Part shown: positions 58,162 to 64,000 of the stretch, in pieces
How positions within the stretch are numbered: position 1 is the stretch's first letter
Layout of the letters: each line of letters begins with the position of its first letter
Source: Spirochaetota bacterium
GTDB lineage: Bacteria; Spirochaetota; UBA4802; UBA5550
Length of the DNA stretch: 64,000 nucleotides
Assembly: GCA_963663865.1 (NCBI GenBank)
Contig: OY760686.1
Coordinates: 608,001 to 672,000 of the forward strand
Direction of reading: 5' to 3'
Notes under the pieces: model-generated
Databases searched by the model: none
Told to the model about the DNA's origin: nothing
Seen by the model: the letters and a program-made list of their open reading frames with translations, nothing else
Position numbers and translations under genes: made by a program

Positions 58162-58812
58162 CTAATCCGCGTTGTTCTTCAGCCATTCAAGCCGCCGCTG
58201 GTCCGGAAGATGCTTAACCGTGAAATTCTCAAAGCTTACGTTAAATCCCCTGCCGTCAGGGCTCGCCGCCATCAGTCCGACCATGATCGGACAGTTGTCC
58301 TTCATCCAGGCATTGCGCATCATCGTATATTTTTTACCGTCAAAGGAGTAGAAGACTTCAACGGCGTCGAGCCTCCGGACGGCCTTGATCCAGATTGAGC
58401 TGACCGGTTTTTCAAGGGTTATGACGCTCCAGTCGCTTGTCGTGTGGGTGACAACGGTGCTGAGGTTGTACTTTCCGTCTACGTATTCAATCCCGGCCTT
58501 GATGTAGTTCTCGTGGTCTATCCGTATCATTAAGCCGGCCTGGTCAAAGCGTTCTATGTAGTCTCCGCTTATTCTGACGCTTGCCTCAAATTCACCGCCC
58601 CGCGTTGTGTAAAAAAATGGAGCGTCATCTACCGTGAAGCCGTAATGCGAGATGCGCCAGTAATCGCTTTGCGGGGTAACAAACATCTTCAGCGTATCGC
58701 CCTTGACTTCCCACTTTTCGGGTTCGTTGAACCACTGCATTTTCTCAAGCGACTGTGAGAAAACTGTCTGACCAAGCAGCAGTATCAGAGCGGCAAAGGT
58801 TGTCTTTTTCAT
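58162..58812 (-). CDS. DUF1349 domain exported protein
   Basis: WFNEP..W, DYWR..HYGF..D.APF, FDQAGL, IKAGIE, G.MAASP. Confidence 0.88.
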   Translation of the reverse strand: MKKTTFAALILLLGQTVFSQSLEKMQWFNEPEKWEVKGDTLKMFVTPQSDYWRISHYGFTVDDAPFFYTTRGGEFEASVRISGDYIERFDQAGLMIRIDHENYIKAGIEYVDGKYNLSTVVTHTTSDWSVITLEKPVSSIWIKAVRRLDAVEVFYSFDGKKYTMMRNAWMKDNCPIMVGLMAASPDGRGFNVSFENFTVKHLPDQRRLEWLKNNAD

Positions 58813-59092
58813 AATGGTCTCCTGAATGTTTATGTGTAGTATGATTAACAAAATTATAATTGATGTCAATTTAAATTTAAACGCAAAAATATTCCGTATT
58901 GCCTGATGCGCTTCCTGACATCCATTGTAAAGCCATTCACATTTATCCCGGGGAAAGGGGGGGTAAAACAGTTAGACAAATAAAACAAAAATAGTTGACA
59001 AAAGGTTGCGTGAAAAGTTGAGGTATTAGAAACGGCTAAGCAAGTTAGTATTGCAATGCTATTCTATTAACTTTTCTTTTTACTGGTGGATT

Positions 59093-59710
59093 ATGTTTGA
59101 GCTGTTAAATCAGGGCGGATGGGTAATGTATGTGATCTTTGCGGCTTCAATTGCTGCGCTGGCCCTCATCCTCGAAAGGGCCCTCTATTTCTACAGGACT
59201 TCGGTCCCATATCATCTTTTCTCCGACCGGTTGCGGTCCGAATCAGAAACCGTCTGTGTCAGTGAAGCTTTACCGGATAGCGGGACTTCTTCAAATTACC
59301 TCGAAAACATTGCCGCGGTTTACAGGGCCAATATTAATAAAGATAGAGTGTTGCTGGAAGAGATCGTCGTTAAAACGGGCGATATGAGCATTAGAAAAAT
59401 GGAGTCCGGAATTTCCGTCATTTCAATGATAGCTGTAATGGCCCCACTTATGGGACTTTTTGGAACGGTGCTCGGGATGATTGACTGCTTCAGGAAGATG
59501 CAGGCAGTGGGCGGGGCGGCGGACATGACAGTCCTTGCCGGAGGTATATGGGAGGCCCTGCTTACAACAGCCTTTGGGCTGCTTGTTGCGATGCCGGCTA
59601 CAGCCGCGGCACACTTCTTCGAGAAGGCAATTGACCGCAGGCAGGAGGACATGAGGCATCTGATTGCCGACCTTGACGCGGTATACGCAAATCGGGAGGA
59701 AGAAAAGTGA
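59093..59710 (+). CDS. exbB: MotA/TolQ/ExbB proton channel
   Basis: GG.VM, APLMGLFGTV.GMI..F, GI.EALLTTA.GL. Confidence 0.92.
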   Translation: MFELLNQGGWVMYVIFAASIAALALILERALYFYRTSVPYHLFSDRLRSESETVCVSEALPDSGTSSNYLENIAAVYRANINKDRVLLEEIVVKTGDMSIRKMESGISVISMIAVMAPLMGLFGTVLGMIDCFRKMQAVGGAADMTVLAGGIWEALLTTAFGLLVAMPATAAAHFFEKAIDRRQEDMRHLIADLDAVYANREEEK

Positions 59711-60105
59711 GAGATTTCAGCCGGAAGAGAACAAGAAAGCATCCGGCCATTAATGTGACCTCCCTGATCGATGTGATGTTTATGCTCGTTCTCTTTTTCA
59801 TGCTCACATCTTCATTTGTAAGGCCTTCAATACGGATAAGCCTTCCCGAGGCTGGAAACAGGGAGAAGACGGAAAAACAGAACCTTGTTGTTTCTGTGTC
59901 CGGCGACGAAAGAGTCTATCTTGACAGCAGAGAGGTCGCCGTTGACTCGCTTGAGGATGAGATCAGGCGGGAGGTCGGCGCGCGCCCCGGAAGCAGGCTT
60001 CTGTTTCAGGGAGATGAAAACATCAGGTACAGCATCTTTGTACGGGTCATGGATATAATGAAAAGGACCGGAGTCAAAGAGGTCAATGTTGTTCATAGAA
60101 ACTGA
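59707..60105 (+). CDS. exbD: ExbD/TolR
   Basis: INVTSLIDVMF.L..FFM, LPEA, GD....Y..VMD. Confidence 0.92.
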   Translation: MRDFSRKRTRKHPAINVTSLIDVMFMLVLFFMLTSSFVRPSIRISLPEAGNREKTEKQNLVVSVSGDERVYLDSREVAVDSLEDEIRREVGARPGSRLLFQGDENIRYSIFVRVMDIMKRTGVKEVNVVHRN

Positions 60106-60121
60106 ATAAGTGTGAAGGAGG

Positions 60122-60733
60122 GTGGGAATAATGAATGCTTTCAGGTTAACCGCAATCGCGATGTCGGTTCTTCTGCACGCCGGAGTTCTTCTGGCCATGA
60201 AGGCCAATATTGTCAGAACAGAGGCTCCGCTTGAGGCGGCAAAGTCGAATCAGACATATATAAACTTTTCTGTTGATATGAACTATGAAGGAAGCCGCAG
60301 CCCGGCAAGGCAGGCTGACCGGGGCCGGACTGAGGTAAGGCCGCAAGAAGGAGACCTCTCCGCGGAAAAAGCAAAGGCTATGCCCTCTAAAAACACACGG
60401 CATGCTGGAAGCACAGCACGTTCAGTTTCAGAGGAGCAGATCAAGATATTAAACAACTACTACTCAAAGGTTTTAAAGCGGATACACCGCATGAAGTACT
60501 ATCCGGCTTCGTCCAGGAAGAACAGGGAGCAGGGGACGGTCGCGCTTCGATTCGTGCTTAATCGAAATGGCGAGCTTAAGGGGAATGTAGTGCTTCTTCG
60601 CGAGTGCTCGTACAGAGCCCTGAATACGGCGGGCATTGAGACAATTTTGAAGGCAAGTCCCTTTCCGTCGCTTCCTGAAGACCTTGGTAAGGATGAGCTG
60701 GTCCTGAGCGTCGAGGTTGATTTCGTAATATAG
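60122..60733 (+). CDS. tonB: TonB family energy transducer
   Basis: S..LH TM motif; YP..SR..REQGTV..RF, PFP.LP. Confidence 0.85.
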   Translation: MGIMNAFRLTAIAMSVLLHAGVLLAMKANIVRTEAPLEAAKSNQTYINFSVDMNYEGSRSPARQADRGRTEVRPQEGDLSAEKAKAMPSKNTRHAGSTARSVSEEQIKILNNYYSKVLKRIHRMKYYPASSRKNREQGTVALRFVLNRNGELKGNVVLLRECSYRALNTAGIETILKASPFPSLPEDLGKDELVLSVEVDFVI

Positions 60734-60858
60734 CTGCGCCCTGCTGCACGCGGGATTGGCAGCACTCCGCTGCTGGCGGGGAAGGGGCAGAGTTTTCATG
60801 CTGCGAGTTTGCAAAGAGTGTTCTGGAACACTGAATATATATCTTAAGGAGTTAAACA

Positions 60859-63405
60859 ATGAAAAAATGGCTGCTTATGCTGTTAACGCTGTCAGCCCTA
60901 CTATTTGCCGGATGCGGCGATTCTGACAGCGGATCGGAAAATGTTCCGGGAGGGAATGACCCTGAAAACCCGGTTGTTGAAGAAGAACCCGCGACAAGGG
61001 AAGAGCTGATATCGGCTTTACAGGACGTTCTGAGCACCGACCCGGATTACGATGCGTCCAGCGAGGTGTTTACCGCCAATCTGACGGCGCTGGTTGAAGA
61101 CATCTTCACCGCCGCGGGCGAAAGCGGAATTAAAAAATCCTACACCAATCTCAACAGGATTGCCAGGTATGTGATGTACGCCTACAGCCTCACAGATTAT
61201 GCTGCGTTCGTAGCCGACGGATTCAGTGATGTAGTTTCCGGTATTACAGCTGACACAATGATTGCCCGTATAGCCCAGAGCACGTCGACTTACAGTGTTG
61301 CGGTACCTCTCGAGTCAGGCGACCTGCCGGGTAATGACAACGAAGCCCGGATTGCGTACTATTTCAATTCTGATATATCATTCTACTATACGGCTGAGGC
61401 TCTCATCAATCTCGTGCGTGATGATACCGTTAACGACGCCATTATGTACGAAGTGGCTCGGGTCAAAGCTGAGTACGGCCTTTTTGATGACGCAGAGCTT
61501 GTTGTGGATGCAATGATATTCGGCACGCAGGCAAAGGGTGACGCATGTCTGAGCATCGCAAGCCGTCTTCTCGATTATGGGAAAACGGACAGGGCCCTTG
61601 AGCAGATTGGCGAAGCCGAATCGCTGTACATGAATCTTATAGAGGCAAAAGGAGAAGAGAACTTCTCAACGCAGGATTCATTTAATCTACAGATGCTTTC
61701 TACTTATTACAGGCGTGCGGGAAATAACGAAAAATCTCAGGAGCATCTTGATTATCTTGAGCATCTCGCGGAAACATATCTGCTTACAACGACAACATAC
61801 GGCCGTTTGACTGTAGCGACGCGCAATCAAATCGATGAATACATTGAGGAAGGAGACCTGGAAACCGCTGACGAGCTGGCGGAAGCACTTCTTGAATACG
61901 CCAAGAAGATGCCGGCCAATATGAGCGACGGCCAGCCGACGAGCTATAAGATGAAAGTTTACACTCTATGTGACGCGTCGCTCCGCTTTGCCGAGCTCGG
62001 TAACGCTGAAAGTGTCCTTGAGATATATCAGCTCGTGGAGTCGATAAGGGACGATGACGGACTTCCGAACAACGAGACAGGAAAGGGGACATGGGTTTAT
62101 ATGTCAGACCTCCTTTATTCGTTGTTTGCCACTGAATGCTATGACGAGGCCATGGTGCTGGGTACGTCTCTTGCGGAATCTACAGACGCAAGCGCCAACA
62201 GCAAGTCCTCCGGATTTAAGGCGATTGCCTCTTCTCTTGCACTCGCCGGCGGGCTCGGTGAGCTTTCAGCGTTTGAGCCAGCCTCTCTCAGTGAGATGAG
62301 CGCGATAGATGTTATTACCTACAAGCTGACCTCGGACAGGGACAGGGTGGAAGCACTAACTTACTACGGTGTAAACACTGGAACCGCGTACGTGGCCCTC
62401 TCGCTTATAGAGGCCGGCGGTGAGCAGAATATCGTATGGGCAAAGGAGGCGCTCTCGAAGGCGAACCAGCTTCTTGGCTCGTATACGGAGTCTTCGGATG
62501 CGCTTACAGTTCTTTACCGGATAACCAGGGGCTACGCCAAGCTTGCGAAGCTTTACATTATGATAGGCGATTCAGAGTCACTTGCGCTTGCTGCAGAGGC
62601 CCTGCTTGCCGGTGAGTCTGTTGCAGCCGGATTGAACGGAGCCTCTCCCCGTGTTGACGCCTACATAGCCCTGGCGGCAGCCTACCGGGAATACGGAGAT
62701 GAAGCGAAGGTCGAGGCTATGCTCGCGAACGCCCAGGACTATGCCGATGTGTACGCCTCAACTAATCCTTCCGAATACGAGGACATCGCCGAGCTTTACA
62801 AGGATGTTATAGACGCATGTCTGGATAACGATGTTAATGATTCGCTCTCAACTGTTATCTCCAAATTCTTTACCAACTCTGAAATGATTCATGTCGCCGG
62901 AGGAACGGAAGATCAGAAGATAACAGAGGTTGAGTATCTCGTTGATGTTGCTGAAAGATGTGTGGATATTAATGACATTGATATGATGAATACAGTTCTC
63001 GCAAAAGCTGAGAAGCTGGCTGAAACAGTGGCAAACGAGACTGACAGGGTAGATCTTTTTGTCTATCAGTATGACTCAGACGCTCATGAGGACTTTGACA
63101 GCATCATCGAAATATACGCCTACGGCGGGGAATTTGATAAGGCTGTAGAACTTGCCTACGAGATTGAAACACTGCCGGAAAGGTATCTCGCCGTCAGAAG
63201 AATCGCCGAGATTTACTGCAGGCTTGATCTTTTCCCGAATACAGCGTCAGCAGTGGCTGACACAGACAGGGACGGCAAACCGGACTTTTTCCATCCGCTT
63301 GCATTGGCTGAAGACATTGCCGCTTCTGGCCTTGTGCTTGACGACGATTGCGACGGTGACGGGATTGCAGATGTTTCTGACATCAGGCCCTGGTACGCGG
63401 ACTGA
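60859..63405 (+). CDS. Large acidic helical-repeat lipoprotein with C-terminal Ca-binding DxDxDG motifs
   Basis: LFAGC lipobox; DTDRDGKPDFF, DDDCDGDGIAD..D. Confidence 0.8.
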   Translation: MKKWLLMLLTLSALLFAGCGDSDSGSENVPGGNDPENPVVEEEPATREELISALQDVLSTDPDYDASSEVFTANLTALVEDIFTAAGESGIKKSYTNLNRIARYVMYAYSLTDYAAFVADGFSDVVSGITADTMIARIAQSTSTYSVAVPLESGDLPGNDNEARIAYYFNSDISFYYTAEALINLVRDDTVNDAIMYEVARVKAEYGLFDDAELVVDAMIFGTQAKGDACLSIASRLLDYGKTDRALEQIGEAESLYMNLIEAKGEENFSTQDSFNLQMLSTYYRRAGNNEKSQEHLDYLEHLAETYLLTTTTYGRLTVATRNQIDEYIEEGDLETADELAEALLEYAKKMPANMSDGQPTSYKMKVYTLCDASLRFAELGNAESVLEIYQLVESIRDDDGLPNNETGKGTWVYMSDLLYSLFATECYDEAMVLGTSLAESTDASANSKSSGFKAIASSLALAGGLGELSAFEPASLSEMSAIDVITYKLTSDRDRVEALTYYGVNTGTAYVALSLIEAGGEQNIVWAKEALSKANQLLGSYTESSDALTVLYRITRGYAKLAKLYIMIGDSESLALAAEALLAGESVAAGLNGASPRVDAYIALAAAYREYGDEAKVEAMLANAQDYADVYASTNPSEYEDIAELYKDVIDACLDNDVNDSLSTVISKFFTNSEMIHVAGGTEDQKITEVEYLVDVAERCVDINDIDMMNTVLAKAEKLAETVANETDRVDLFVYQYDSDAHEDFDSIIEIYAYGGEFDKAVELAYEIETLPERYLAVRRIAEIYCRLDLFPNTASAVADTDRDGKPDFFHPLALAEDIAASGLVLDDDCDGDGIADVSDIRPWYAD

Positions 63406-63443
63406 TTGGAAGCCATTGTTTTGAATTGAAGTGAAGATATTCG

Positions 63444-63471
63444 CAGCCGCCCGGAATTATCCGGGCGGCTG
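63444..63471. other. GC-rich intergenic hairpin
   Basis: CAGCCGCCCGGA-ATTA-TCCGGGCGGCTG; no T-tail. Confidence 0.6.
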
Positions 63472-63509
63472 GTGAAAAGTGAATCTGTTTAGTTTGGAGT
63501 TGTGAATTG

Positions 63510-64000
63510 ATGATTAAGACCGGTCAGACTATGGCAGGCCTGACAGTATGCGTGTTTTCGATTCTTGTGTTTTTCATTTCCGCGTACGCGGAAAATGAAG
63601 CAGGGTCGGCAGATATGCAGTATGATAACGGCGGAGCGGCTTCTCTTGGAAAGGTTACTGTAAAGGGCAGTGAAGGGAAGAGCGGAGCTAACAGGCAGAA
63701 TGTAAAATCGGACAGAATTGAAAGTACTCCCGCGCGGAACAGTTCAATAAACGATGTTATAGGCACTCTCTCCAATGTACAGACCGGCGAGGGCAGCTTT
63801 TCTTCATCTAACGGCGGTGAGATTAAACCGTCGGAGGTTTCAATATCTGGAGGGAAAACCTACCAGAACAATGTCATGATAGACGGGATGAGCATCAACA
63901 ACCGCATCGATCCGGCGGCGGACAATCCTTCAGACTTTGACTCTGTGGCGTCGCATTCTCAGACAATGTTCATTGATCCCAGGGTGCTGGGTTCAATTAC
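63510..64000 (+). CDS. TonB-dependent receptor (5' part)
   Basis: Not in ORF track. Signal peptide (AYA), KVTVKG TonB-box-like, GEI.P..VSISGG..YQNN.MIDG.SINN..DP plug motif. Confidence 0.85.
   Translation, partial: MIKTGQTMAGLTVCVFSILVFFISAYAENEAGSADMQYDNGGAASLGKVTVKGSEGKSGANRQNVKSDRIESTPARNSSINDVIGTLSNVQTGEGSFSSSNGGEIKPSEVSISGGKTYQNNVMIDGMSINNRIDPAADNPSDFDSVASHSQTMFIDPRVLGSI

Noticed and set aside
59040-59070. Fur box before exbB
   Set aside because: Palindrome TAGTATTGCAATGCTA is present but matches the Fur consensus poorly.

Overview
A 64 kb bacterial window, probably from an anaerobic spirochaete. The inference rests on the ispE-tRNA-Gln-prs-rplY-pth order, a divergent Pth and many lipoproteins. 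Left part: a degenerate GH3 lipoprotein, a double-cubane reductase pair, housekeeping genes, a PLD-helicase, HigBA, an LRR lipoprotein, a trimeric [FeFe]-hydrogenase whose beta subunit is fused to a GltD-like flavoprotein, and a HEPN/MNT pair. About 27.5-47 kb is an accessory/defence island. It holds a DUF559 nuclease inside palindromic tandem repeats, and a WYL regulator facing an HMG-like/Fn3 gene whose upstream region has a strictly 11-bp-phased repeat array. It also has two attC-bounded integron cassettes with no integrase in view, and a type I R-M locus stuffed with GIY-YIG, HNH, TIR-NTPase and RhuM genes. Short palindromic repeats sit in frame inside hsdM, hsdS and hsdR, and a VapBC pair lies between REP-like direct repeats. 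Right part: Fic, FecR, TPR, a sulfatase with its maturase and an AraC regulator, and an ExbBD-TonB-receptor cluster. All calls come from reading motifs by eye; no searches were run.
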